In this document: piece by piece, positions 22,740 through 34,679 of the stretch
Layout: each line of letters begins with the position of its first letter
Numbering within the stretch: the stretch's first letter is position 1
Assembly (NCBI GenBank): GCA_964016885.1
Contig: OZ024764.1
Location: 22,754,001-22,818,000, forward strand
Length of the DNA stretch: 64,000 nucleotides
Direction of reading: 5' to 3'
DNA from: Eledone cirrhosa
Taxonomy: Eukaryota
Notes under the pieces: model-generated
Told to the model about the DNA's origin: nothing
What the model saw: the letters and a program-made list of their open reading frames with translations, nothing else
Databases searched by the model: none
Program-made: the position numbers and the translations under genes

Positions 22740-24652
22740 AAATAATAATAATAATAATGAAATTATTGTGTACAGTGCTCAGGTGCACTACAACTCATCA
22801 AAGGTGCATGTATAGTACATAGAATAATGTACAAATGTCAGGAAAATGAACAGTGCATGAATCATGATATAATAACAATAATGAAATATTGTGTATAGTG
22901 CCCAGGTGCACCACAACTCATCAAAAAAGTGCATGTACAGTACATAGGGCAATGCACAAACATCAGTAAAATGAACAGTGCACGAGTCATGATACACACG
23001 TGTGCATGTGTATGGAAGGGGTACATCAGGTGTAGTTTTGGCGTATTTCGGGAAGCTTGAGTGTCTTAAAGGATGCAGTGTCTCGGCAGCTAACAACTGA
23101 CGCAGGCAGTTTGTTCCCTACTTCAGCAACTCTGAGCGTGAAAAAATATCTACGAAAGTCATGGGAGCTGTGCTGTTTTCTGATCTTGTAGGCATGTCCA
23201 CGTGTGTTAGACACATGGAGATCAAAGAGGCACTCAGGGTTGCAATTGGCGAGATGGTTAAAAACTTTGTGGGTATTCACCAAGTCCATTGCCAGACGTC
23301 GGAGCTTCAATGAATTCATGCCTAGGGAAGCAAGGCGTTCATAGTATGGTAGGTGTCTGATGGAGGGTATGTGCTTGGTTGGACGTCTCTGAACAATTTC
23401 CAGGAGGTCAATGTTCTGAGCAAGATAGCGGTTCCAGACTGATGATGCGAATTCCAAGTGAGGTCGTACCATAGCTGTATACAGTTTTAAATAGATGGCT
23501 GGAGAACGGCTAACAAAGGTCTTGCTGAGTGATACCAAGACACCCTCGGCCTTCTTGACAATCTTAGAGACATGCTTTGTCCAACGCAAATCGTTGCTGA
23601 CATTAATGCCCAGGTCACGTTCACAAGAGGACTTTTTGATATCAGTGTTGTGGAGGGAGTATGTGGACGCTGGATTTTTCCTTCCAAAATCCATGGTGGT
23701 ACACTTGTCCACAGCCAGCTTCAGTTGCCAGTCTGTGATCCATTGCTGCATTGTGTCCAGGTCTGATTGTAGGAAAGAGTTGTAAATTTCAGGATCAGTC
23801 CTTTTGATTTCAAGGTACAGCTTGATGTCATCTGCATATTTCAGTACCGTGGCATTCTGTAAGTTGGCATCTATGTCATTAATATATGCCACAAACAAAA
23901 GAGGACCAAGAACAGATCCCTGTGGTAGACCAGATGACATCTCATATGGTGAAGAATGCTGTCCTAGAACCGTGACTACTTCCTTTCGGTTGAGAATGAA
24001 GGATTTCAACCAGTCGAAAAGATCATCCCTCACACCCATTGCACAGAGTTTTGCCATAAGTCTTTTGTGTGGCACAGAATTAAAAGCCTTAGCAAAGTCA
24101 AGGTAAACAACATCCACCCATGAGCCGCTGTCAGTGATCCGGGTGATGTCCTCAAGGAACTCGATAAGCTGATCACAGCAGCTGGAGTTAGGGATAAATC
24201 CAAACTGTGAGGACCGGATGAGGCTGTGAGAGCTCCAGAAGTTCCAAAGTGTTTCTCTGACACAGGATTCCATCAGTTTGGCCATACAGCTAGTAAGACT
24301 GACTGGACGATAGTTGACAGGTGACATGCGGTTGCCCTTTTTGAACAGGGGAATGACACTGGCAGTTTTCCACTGCTCCGGAGTAGCACCATTGTTGAGA
24401 CAGTATTGAAAGAAGAGAGAAAGCTGGCGCAAAAGGAAATACCCGCCACATTTGAGAAGCAGGTATGTCACACCATCAAGACCAGGGGAGGCATAGTTGC
24501 GCTTATTCTTAAGGTGACGTCGCAACATTGCAGGTGTAAATTCCATAGTTGTTATGGAATTTGATGTTAGAGATGGTGGAGATGGTACATTCTGGTTTTC
24601 AACAGTAAAAATACTTGCATAGCACTCAGCAACGAGTTCTGCGCATTACTTG
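22740..24652 (-). mobile_element. 5'-truncated CR1-like LINE, young, specific to cassette B1
   Basis: (TTA)n 3' tail at 22741-22758. The empty site ggccgtaattggtcac is seen in B2 (~53477-53492). Apparent att duplication. Inserted inside the piggyBac-type MITE. Confidence 0.9.
23026..24546 (-). CDS. Reverse transcriptase ORF of the CR1-like LINE (506 aa, endonuclease missing)
   Basis: NYRPVSLTS, VDVVYLDFAKAF, SGLPQGSVLGPLLF, KYADD, ERDLG, VRPHLEFA and TRGH motifs in one uninterrupted frame. Confidence 0.9.
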   Translation of the reverse strand: MEFTPAMLRRHLKNKRNYASPGLDGVTYLLLKCGGYFLLRQLSLFFQYCLNNGATPEQWKTASVIPLFKKGNRMSPVNYRPVSLTSCMAKLMESCVRETLWNFWSSHSLIRSSQFGFIPNSSCCDQLIEFLEDITRITDSGSWVDVVYLDFAKAFNSVPHKRLMAKLCAMGVRDDLFDWLKSFILNRKEVVTVLGQHSSPYEMSSGLPQGSVLGPLLFVAYINDIDANLQNATVLKYADDIKLYLEIKRTDPEIYNSFLQSDLDTMQQWITDWQLKLAVDKCTTMDFGRKNPASTYSLHNTDIKKSSCERDLGINVSNDLRWTKHVSKIVKKAEGVLVSLSKTFVSRSPAIYLKLYTAMVRPHLEFASSVWNRYLAQNIDLLEIVQRRPTKHIPSIRHLPYYERLASLGMNSLKLRRLAMDLVNTHKVFNHLANCNPECLFDLHVSNTRGHAYKIRKQHSSHDFRRYFFTLRVAEVGNKLPASVVSCRDTASFKTLKLPEIRQNYT

Positions 24653-24791
24653 ATTGGTCACTTGTACTTATGTTAAGGTATTGTTCTCAAAATAAATAAC
24701 ATGAAAATCTCATAGATTTGATATTATGAGAGATAAAGCATTTACTGTGAAAATATAATAGTAAATATAAAGTAATGTGAATACTAAAGGG

Positions 24792-25124
24792 TTAATCTAA
24801 TGCCACTAATAACTACTTTTATCTGTCTGTATAGTCTAATGTCACTAACTACTTTTATCAGTCAGTTTAATCTAATGTCACTAATAACTACTTTTATCAG
24901 TCAGTTTAATCTAATCTCACTAATAACTACTTTTATCTGTCAGTATAATCTAATGTCACTAATAACTACTTTTATCAGTCAGTTTAATCTAATGTCACTA
25001 ATAACTACTTTTATCAGTCAGTATAATCTAATGTCACTAATAACTACTTTTATCAGTCAGTTTAATCTAATGCCACTAATAACTACTTTTATCAGTCAGT
25101 TTAATCTAATGTCACTAATAACTA
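24792..25124 (+). repeat. 39-bp minisatellite, ~8.5 copies
   Basis: Same unit as 10507-10803. Confidence 0.95.
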
Positions 25125-26085
25125 ACCTATGTTAGGCAGCACATTCTTCACCAAGGAAGGCCTTAGTATTTATTACAGTCCATTTATCAATATAGAAATA
25201 TTATATGAAATTTTTACTGATGTATTACAAGTTTCTGAGTATCTTATAATGTTCTTTTATTATTTCAGAATACCAGAGGACATTGGCATTAAAGAGCACG
25301 TTACATCAGACATATCCTCAACATTAACCATTTCTAATGAAAGACACTATCCATCAATTTCAAATAATTTTGAAAACACTCAACACTTTGAAGGGATTTA
25401 GTAATATAACTAAATTTCTCAGTATTAAGCTGCTATTTGGAACATAACTTTGCACAATTTCATGAACTTATGATGGAAAGTTTTTAGATACATATAAAGA
25501 CTGGTATGAAAAAGATAAAACACTTTTATATCAGGTGTTTCATCAACACCATTATTTAAAGATTAAAAGAAGCTGTTATACAGAACAGATACAACCTTGT
25601 TTATATAAATCTATGGGAGAAATACTGGGAAATATTTCTTCTAAACTCAATTACACTTCTATTCTTTGCTGTCTGGAATATGTAGAAGATACAAAATAAA
25701 GCTGAAGAAATTTACACATGATTTTGTAAGATCTTCATATATTGACAAAGATGATAGTAGATGGAACTACAGGAGTAGAAATATTTCCATTATTACAGGA
25801 ATAACTAATCAAATAAAAACCAGAAAAATTAGATTCTTCACTGTCTGGAATTTGTACAAGATGATTTTATATGTATATTAAACTTGAAGACATCTACAAA
25901 ACAGTTTGTATCATCTTTAAATATAAAGAAAGACCAAGTTGATGGAAATATATCTGGAGGAATATGTTTTAGGAATAATATTATAAATATAAAGAAGAAA
26001 AATATCCATATATTGACAGAAGAATAATATTAAAACTGTGAATTATGTGAGAAACTGAGGTCATTGATATCTTTTAGTAGGAGTT

Positions 26086-27201
26086 ATGTCGAAAAATATA
26101 GTAAAATCACCATTCCACTGTGATATCTGTGGTAAATCATTCTCTCGTAGTAATCAGCTAACTACTCCCAAACGTATTCATACAGGAGAGAAGCCTTATC
26201 ACTGTGAAATCTGTGGTAAATCATTCAGTTACGGTAGTAGCATCAGAGTTCACAAGCAAATTCATACAGGAGAGAAGCCACATCACTGTGACATCTGTAG
26301 TAAATCATTCTCTTACAGAGATAGCTTAACTGATCACAAACGTATTCATACAGGAGAGAAGCCACATCACTGTGACATCTGTAGTAAATCATTCTCTTAC
26401 AGAGATAGCTTAACTAATCACAAACGTATTCATACAGGAGAGAAGCCACATCACTGTGACATCTGTAGTAAATCATTCTCTTGCAGAGATAGCTTAACTA
26501 ATCACAAACGTATTCATACAGGAGAGAAGCCACATCACTGTGACATCTGTAGTAAATCATTCTCTTGCAGAGATAGCTTAACTACTCACAAACGTATTCA
26601 TACAGGACAGAAGCCATATCACTGTGACATCTGTGGTAAATCATTCTCTCAAAGTAATCACCTAACTACCCACGGACGTACTCATACAGGAGAGAAGCCA
26701 TATCACTGTGACATCTGTGGTAAATCATTCTCTCGTAGTAATCACCTAACTATCCACAAACGTACTCATACAGGAGAGAAGCCATATCACTGTGACATCT
26801 GTGGTAAATCATTCTCTCATAGTAATCTCCTAACTATCCACGGACGTACTCATACAGGAGAGAAGCCATATCACTGTGACATCTGTGGTAAATCATTCTC
26901 TCGTAGTAATCACCTAACTATCCACAAACGTACTCATACAGGAGAGAAGCCATATCACTGTGACATCTGTGGTAAATCATTCTCTCAAAGTAATCACCTA
27001 ACTCTCCACAAACATACTCATACAGGAGAGAAGCCATATCACTGTGACATCTGTGGTAAATCATTCTCTCATAGTAATCACCTAACTATCCACAAACGTA
27101 CTCATTCAGGAGAGAAGCCATATCACTGTGACATCTGTGGTAAATCATTCTCTCAAAGTGCTAACTTAACCAAGCATGTGCGTATTCATACAGAAGTTTA
27201 G
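26086..27201 (+). CDS. Poly-C2H2 zinc-finger protein (cassette B1), 371 aa, 13 finger repeats (first has His->Pro)
   Basis: CxxC-x12-HxxxH repeats with TGEKP linkers. The exon acceptor is at 25268|25269. No effector domain is visible. Confidence 0.95.
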   Translation: MSKNIVKSPFHCDICGKSFSRSNQLTTPKRIHTGEKPYHCEICGKSFSYGSSIRVHKQIHTGEKPHHCDICSKSFSYRDSLTDHKRIHTGEKPHHCDICSKSFSYRDSLTNHKRIHTGEKPHHCDICSKSFSCRDSLTNHKRIHTGEKPHHCDICSKSFSCRDSLTTHKRIHTGQKPYHCDICGKSFSQSNHLTTHGRTHTGEKPYHCDICGKSFSRSNHLTIHKRTHTGEKPYHCDICGKSFSHSNLLTIHGRTHTGEKPYHCDICGKSFSRSNHLTIHKRTHTGEKPYHCDICGKSFSQSNHLTLHKHTHTGEKPYHCDICGKSFSHSNHLTIHKRTHSGEKPYHCDICGKSFSQSANLTKHVRIHTEV

Positions 27202-27827
27202 CTGTATCAATATCAAACTCATTACATCATACTACAACAACAACAATTGTGTAGATCCATCATCCTTGCTAAAACTGGGGTCAACCTTGTAGGTTTTACC
27301 TAGGACAGGGATCATAAAACCAGGTTTCTATTTTTGAAGCAGTGTTTGAAGATTTTGTGTAAATTAAAGTTTTTCACATTAAACTTTGATTTATTATACT
27401 TTAACAGGTAAGATATATATTTGTATTTTTAGTAAAGTTTGGGAACTTCTGTAATTTAAACCTGCCAATAAAATGAAAACTTTTGTTGTTGCTAGTCTGA
27501 CATTGATATTAATTCTATTGTCCTGTACATTGTCTCAAATATCACAGATTAAACAGATTTTAACAATATCAACAGAAATCAATAACTTGTAAGCCTAATA
27601 TCTAGCTTCCATTTTAACTATTTGATATTGTTGTTCCCCTCCTGTCTCTGCAGGTCTTTTAGATTTCAACTTCTATCTACTGTACTATTCCATCACCAAG
27701 GCAACATTCATCTGGCTGGCAGCTTACGTCAACTACAGATCTCATCAGTGGTTCACAACAGGCTGTCTGAAAGAAACTTCCAGATATCTTCTATATCATA
27801 GCTATCAATCTCCTCCTCCTTATCATA

Positions 27828-28104
27828 TGTACCACTCTCACAGTCCCTCTAGATCTTATATTTAACAGGGAGATCTTTTACTATCCCTACTCTTTTCTCT
27901 AGATAGTTTTGTACCACTCTCACAGTCCCTATAGATCTTATATTTAACAGGGAGATTCTTTACTGTCTCTACCCTTTTCTCTAGATTGTCTTGTATCTCT
28001 TTTACAGTCCCTCTAGATCTTATATTTAACAGGGAGATCTTTTACTAGCCCTACCCTTTTCTCTAGGTTTTCTTTTACCTCTCTCACAATCCCTCTAGAT
28101 CTTA
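27828..28104 (+). repeat. 82-bp tandem repeat, ~3.3 copies
   Basis: tccctctagatcttatatttaacagggagatc... recurs at 27844, 27926 and onward. Confidence 0.9.
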
Positions 28105-28381
28105 CACCTCGTATCTAGTCTATGTTGAGTGATATGTCTTTCTCCAGTAAAGGAGTTAATATTCCCAACCATCTGCCTATCCTGTTTTCTGATGAGAATG
28201 AAGTCAATCTAGTTTATCTCTTCACCTGATTGAAGTAACTAGATGGTTTCCTGTAAGTTAGTGTTGCAGTGTTTGTGTCACCATGTAAGGTTTATATCTA
28301 TTAATATAGAGATGTAGTAAAGTTTTCACTGCTGTATCTCTATTTTCTAAATATCTTAATAATGTTTCTCTACTATTTCAG

Positions 28382-28749
28382 AATATCACATGACCTTGAC
28401 AGAAAAGAATCTTTTAAAGACAACAGAAAGATGTTACATACAAGTGATATAAACTTGTTTAGTCTGTGGTGAATTATGGTGAAATATTTCTTCTGAATTG
28501 AGATAAATAACAACATATTCCTTTTTCACTGTCTGGAATATTTACAAGATGATTTTACATTCTGATTAAACTTTGGATATTTACAAAGGAGTTTTCAAAA
28601 TATTTGGATATTGACAAAGATCACATTTGCTAAAATTATGAACAATAGAAATATTTACATCAACATAGGAATAATTTCCAGAAGAGATGGGAAAATCATT
28701 ATACCACTGTAATATTTGTGGTAAAGTATTCTCTCTTCTTTATATGTAG
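28382..28749 (+). pseudogene. Decayed relic of an older ZF exon downstream of B1
   Basis: The acceptor tactatttcag|aatatc is paralogous to the exon-2 acceptor. It shares ttcactgtctggaat..tacaagatgatttta with the exon-2 leader and ends in MGKSLYHCNICGKVFSLLYM* (28687-28749). Confidence 0.8.
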
Positions 28750-28877
28750 AATATCTAACTAAACACTTTAACTAACAAACTATTGTGCTATAGAATTGAC
28801 AAACTTGAGGAATGTTTAATAAATGTTACAGATTTCTCCAAACTGTCGTTTACTAACTTTAATTTGAAGCTATATTA

Positions 28878-29272
28878 TCTATATACTACTAAAACTCTGT
28901 GATTGTGTCTTGTCTGTAATTTAATACAGCTAAAACAGTGCATAATGGGGAAATACTTTGAAAAGAATAAAACAAGTTTTGTATAAAATGGAGCACAGGT
29001 TCCCAAGATACGGGGTTTTCTGGGTACCTTCATAAATATAGGGAGAGAAAGAGATAGTGGTTGTGAGAGTGAGGAGACAGATGGAAGAGAGAGAGAGAGA
29101 GAGCTGCTGGTGTTGTTTAATAAAATGTGTGCGTATATATATATACATATGTGTCTATATATATATATATATGTCTGTATATTTTAACTATTTGAACATT
29201 ATTTTTAAGTGAACATGATTTTAAAATAATAGTTTTAAGGGAACGTGACCTAACAGGTCGTGGGTGGTCTAG
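28878..29272 (+). mobile_element. Non-autonomous Helitron
   Basis: A|TCTATATACTACTAAAA 5' end, 3' hairpin gacctaacaggtc, and CTAG|T end. Copies at 43134-43485 and, 3' part only, ~11830-11936. Confidence 0.8.
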
Positions 29273-30777
29273 TTTGTTACTAAATACTAGATATTAGAGG
29301 GTCATGTTGTTCTAGATGTGCTGGAAGAGCCATTCCATCTCGTGAGGCTCACACCAGCAGCTAGCCACCTCAGCACCTATGGTGGTATATTTATTATATT
29401 ATTTATTCTTTATCATTAACATTAATATAAAAGATAATTATATATTTTTAGAGAAGAACCTCTAATTTCATATAGCTTAGGGCTTCAGTAGGTAAAAGTC
29501 TGGCCCTGCTTGTCCTGTATTTTTTAGGGGAGAAGTTAGGGAATACAGTTATTGTGTGAAAGTTTTCTAAATCTTCTTCAGCCACTAACATGGAGAAGAT
29601 ATTTCAGTAAGAAGGTTCACATCCTGACATCTATAGCTGTTAACAAGGAGATTGGAATTCATTATAAAACAAATGTTATATCATCATCACTGTTTAACAT
29701 CAGTTTTTTCACGCTGGCATGGGTTAGACGAGTTATCTTGTTGTAAGCAAGGCCAGGTCAGGTGATCACGTGTTGCTCCTACAGAACAAATTTTGGATTG
29801 GTTTCTACAGCTGGATGCATCAACCTTATTTACATTAAGTACTGGGTGCATTTTACCATCTCACCATCACTACCACTTTATAGTGTGGGCTGGATGCTTT
29901 TTGTTGTGACAGCTACATGACCACTTTACAGTGTGCGTTGGGTACTTTTTGTTGTGACACCTACATGACCATTTTAAAGTTTTGGCTGGGTACTTTTTGT
30001 TGTCACCTCCATGACCGCTTTACAGTGTGGGCTGGTTTCTTTATGTCATATCACCTACATGACCACCTTATAGTGTTGGCTGTGTGTTATTTACAGTGTG
30101 GGTTGGGTGCTTTTTGTCATATCTCCTACCCAACCACTTTGCAGTGTGGGCAGTGAAATATCAGTAATGCACCAGCTCCAATATTCAGTAATCAGAAGAA
30201 GGGAGGTAGGCATAAAAGCCAAACTTGCTGTCTTCAATTAGGTTTTTGTACCAACCCTTACCTATGGTCACATATCTTGGGTACTGACCAAAAGAATATG
30301 ATTGGGAATACAAATGGCAGGTATGGGATTCTTCTGAAGGGTCTTTGAGTGAACTTTTCTCAATAAACTTGGCTGGTCTCTCTGGGAGATCCAGCCAGAT
30401 CAGTTGGAGTGGGTTGCTTCTGACAGGACCTGTTGGAGGGAGTGTTTGAGGACTCTGCCCCCAAACCCTCTCTGGAATAAGTGGGTTAATAAGAAGAGGT
30501 TGAGGTTACATAATCAACATCAGATTTCCCTGCTAGCAAGGGTTTAATGAGTCTACTTCAACCAAGTAAGTACTGAAGTGAGGCTACTGATCTCCCAGAC
30601 AGACCAAGGATCTGAGACTTATTTACATAAGGTCTCATTTGCTACTGAGTGCACAGAAAAGGTTGTCATGATTGAAGGGTTCTCCGACCCTATTGTCGGG
30701 CAAGCTTTCTATGACTAGATGTCCTTCACATGACCAACCACATTACAGCCTGTGTTGGGTGTGTTTATCATGTAGGT

Positions 30778-32806
30778 GAGACATAAACTGAGGGTTCCCC
30801 AAGGTCCACATAGGTCACATGTGTTGTCTGAGGGTTGCACACTACAACTAATTATGTACATTACAACTAATTAAAGTCATTTAATAAAATATATTGCAGA
30901 AAGATTTGTTACTTAAATTTAGAAACATACAATGTACATACAAATGTTTTAGCAGCATTCATGAATACAAAGTAATGAAGTAGTTTGATAAAAAACTAAA
31001 ATTTCACATGTCAACATATACTTGCAGATTGTAACATCAACAAATACATTGTACACAAATAACAACAGTTCAAAACTGAACATTTATTTGCTACTATTCA
31101 ACCATTTTTAGTGTTTTGTCCTGAGGCTTGACACTTCTTTCTGTTGACAATGTTTGGTATATCTGGCTGAAATGTCTGTATAGTTCCAACTTTAATCAGA
31201 AATGACAAGTGTTGATCTTTCAGCCTTGTTCTCTGAGAAGTTTTTGTTAAGCTAAGTACAGACTCAGTATGGGCAGTGATTTTCAGCTCTTTGCACATAA
31301 GAAAATGAATTAAATTTTCATCTGACAACGGAGACTTCCATAAGCTAAGTTTTCTAATGAAGAACTTGATGTCATCATACAACTGAGTGATGGGTTTGTT
31401 TTTACCTTGTAATTTCAAATTAAGATCAGTTAAATGTGCAGTAATATCCACAAATAAAGCCAGATGTTGGAGCCAACTTTCATCTTTTATCTCATCTGTG
31501 TTTTGACCTTTCATCTCCAAAATCATAATTATTTCAACAAATAGCATCTTTTCAGCACTTTGTGACATGTCAACCAGCAGACTTCTGTGTAGAATGGAAC
31601 ATCGGTGAACTGATTATCCATATCTTCCAACAACTGGCTGAACTGACGGTGGTTGAGAGCACGGCCTCTGATTTAGTTCACTGTCTTTTTGACCAAGCTA
31701 AGCACATGATGCAATTTTAAAATCTTTGAACATAAATTTTGCTGATGAATAATACAGTGAAAATGTGCAAATGATGAATCTAGATATGAGTTTTCTATTT
31801 TTGTTTGTAACTTGGCAGCAACACCATTATGTCTACCAACCATATTTGCAGCACTGTCAGTAGATAAACATGCAAGTTTACTCAGATCAAAACCATGCAG
31901 ACCCTGCTTGACCTTCTCAAAGATGTCCTGGCTTGTTATAGTGTCATGCATGGGGACCAGTTCAATCAGTTCTTCATAAATATTAAATTCACTGTCACAG
32001 GCTCTGATGAAGAATGCAAGCTGTACTATTCCAGTGATGTCAACAGTCTCTTCAATAGCAATAGAAACATGTTCAAACCTTGATGATACAGCCTTTAACT
32101 GTTGTTTCAGATCACCTGACATTTCTTTAATCTGTTCAGCAACAGTGTTCCTGGTTAATGAAATGTCTTTGAATAACTGTGCTTTCTCTGGACAATTTCA
32201 GCTGTTTTTACAAAATCTCCTTCACTGTAAGATTTCCCACTCATGGCAATCATTTGACTGAGTTCATAGCTTGCAGTAACGGAAGTGACATTCTCTTCCT
32301 GAATTAACATAAAACAGGTCTGTTGCTGTGTCAAGTTAGACTTCAATTCCTTCAATCTTGAAACACACATTGGGGCTTCATATTTATCGTAAGATCGACG
32401 GTTTGTTTCATAATGTCTTTTTGAATTGTACTCTTTTGGCCTGGCGATGTAGTTGTTGCAAATTAAACAGTGTATCTTTCTGTTCAGCGTTGAGCAAAAA
32501 TACTGTAATTCCCACTTTTCTTGAAACACTTGCCCTTCTTCGTTCAATTTCTTTTTTCTCTTAGCTGGAGGAGCACTAACCATTTCAAAAACAAAATCTT
32601 TTGAAAATTTGAAAGAAAGTTTTCTGTTAATGAGCTGCACGTGATTAATGGCAGTTAAAAGTAGTTGACAAAAATTGCACAAAAAAAATAATTGTATCGA
32701 AAATGTTTTAAATGTTATATTACGAAAATGAAACATTCTCGCACTGTAAAAACCTTTGTGTGGGCCGCAGGTTTGCTTGCAAAGGGGCGCATGTTTGATG
32801 TGTCTG
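30778..32806 (-). mobile_element. hAT DNA transposon, duplicate of 1208-3193
   Basis: TSD atgtaggt/atgtgggt. Transposase fragments include the HCIIHQQNLC motif (ORF 31673..32122). Confidence 0.92.
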
Positions 32807-34536
32807 ATGTGGGTTACCAACACTAGGGAGGGCAGCATGTCCTTCAGTGTGTTCTGCTACATTAACTACCAGGAGGTCATCACATGAGACAAAGAATACA
32901 TTTCAAAGAAGGGTCATAAAAGAACTAAATACGAAAGTCCTCACAGCAAAAAGGAAATAATTGAGCTTTGGGTCTAGGTCAAGGGGCAGAAGTGCTGTGC
33001 CCTGTTAATAAGACTGAAAAAGTATTCGCCCCGGGCGATGGACAGTGACACCCACTGCAACAGCCACCCCAACCTCATGGGGCTCCCTCTTCAGAAGAGC
33101 CACCAACGTTCTGATCTTACAGAGGAGCTTGGCAGTATGGGGTCCAAGTACTTCTGAGGTCTCGATGGTGACCAGTGTGAAGAGACATACAATTGATGTC
33201 ATTCCAGTTATGTTGGACTGTAATATACTGGGGTATAGAGAGGCCTTAACCTGTCTCAGCCGGGCCACCCAGGGTTGTGTCATCTAGGTACCAGACAGGG
33301 GTAACTAGACCATGTTGTCAACTGTCAGCACCAATAGGAGTGAGGCGAGTGGGTCCCCTTGCTAGACACCATATATAAAACGTATTTGCTAATTACTTTA
33401 ATGAATAATTTGTTTCATACGTAATTATTACTTTTAACACAATAGGATTTTGTACACGTGTTTGTTTGAAAACATCTTTCGAAGAAGTATGAGACAGTCT
33501 TTTGCAGTCTTCTGGAGTTGCGACCGATAGATAGTATTAGCTATTGGAAAGACCAATGGAAACATTGTTTCCTCGGTCCGATTTGACGAAAAGTCGATCA
33601 TAAAAATTATATATTTATATATATATAGGGAGAGAGAGAAACACACAAACGTACACTACTGTATTACATATGTAAGGGGAGACAACTCTTGTTACATCCC
33701 CCCTTCTTTTTGATATACGTTCTTTATATGTTTTGTACAATGGACTCTGCTATATTTTGTGTCCTAAGTAGATTTCTGTTTAAGTATTTACGAGATTCAC
33801 AACAAATGAAAATATTAAATCAACACTCTGTCAATCAGTCTCACATCACATGGGGTGCCGGAGTCTCCCTCTAATACTTTCTGAGACAGTCTTACCTCGA
33901 GTGATAGCAAGGCTAAGATATTGGAACTACCAAACACCCTCATATGTATCACCTGAACACCTCGGTAAGGAGAGGTGCCAACGATAACAAGAACCTCGTT
34001 GTCAGGGACCTATCTCCTCCAAACTTCTCCAACACCACAGACTAGAATATTCTACTCTTTATTCCCTATCAAATATATTTCAGTCTAGTCATTTGTCTTG
34101 TATCTTGTATATATATTTTCAAAACTAACTGTCACATTTGTGAGACCCCAGTTAGTGATGTTTTCGTCTCCCTCCCACATCCTACATGCTGTAGTAAAAG
34201 TGAGGGTCACTGCTTCTGTAGAAGAACGAAATAAAAGTTAAACTACCAGTAATTATCGGCAAAGTATTTATTCCAGTCTGTTATGTTTGAGAAGCTGGGC
34301 TGCTGACAACGAAGTTGTTGTCACTGTTGGCGGCTGGCTTAACCGAAGTACCCGATGACTCTTGTGTGGGTACTTAGCTGTTCTGACAACTTAGCCCCCA
34401 TATGACCCGATCTTACCGAGATACCCGGTGATCTCTGTAAGAGTACTTAGCTGTTCTATTTTAATTACATTTACTGTTTTCACCTTTATTTTTTTTTATT
34501 ACAAACTTTACATAATTTAATTCGGTAAAAATATTT

Positions 34537-34679
34537 TTACGTCACAAAAAAAACTTGACCTTTGACATTGAAGCATGCGCAGTGGTGCAGTTGTCGACTT
34601 CCTGTCCACGTGTTAGTCTTCCTACATCATTTAGAAAACATTTCTGTAAATACTAAACACCTGAGACTATAATGTAAGT
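34537..34679 (+). promoter_or_regulatory. Putative promoter and non-coding exon 1 of cassette A2, donor GT at 34674
   Basis: Same motif cluster and donor as the other cassettes. Confidence 0.65.

Larger units (their letters stand above)
1..29836. repeat. Segmental tandem duplication, copy 1 (cassettes A1+B1)
   Basis: Position 1 (gagtactgggtgcatttt) recurs at 29837, and 28755 corresponds to 64000. ORF-track peptides recur in the same order (e.g. 13983/45505, 19394/50935, 26086/60681). Confidence 0.95.

Noticed and set aside
28188-28260. CTGATGAG hammerhead-like core
   Set aside because: No matching GAAA or stems were found. The minus strand reads IDFILIRK, an RTE endonuclease remnant.
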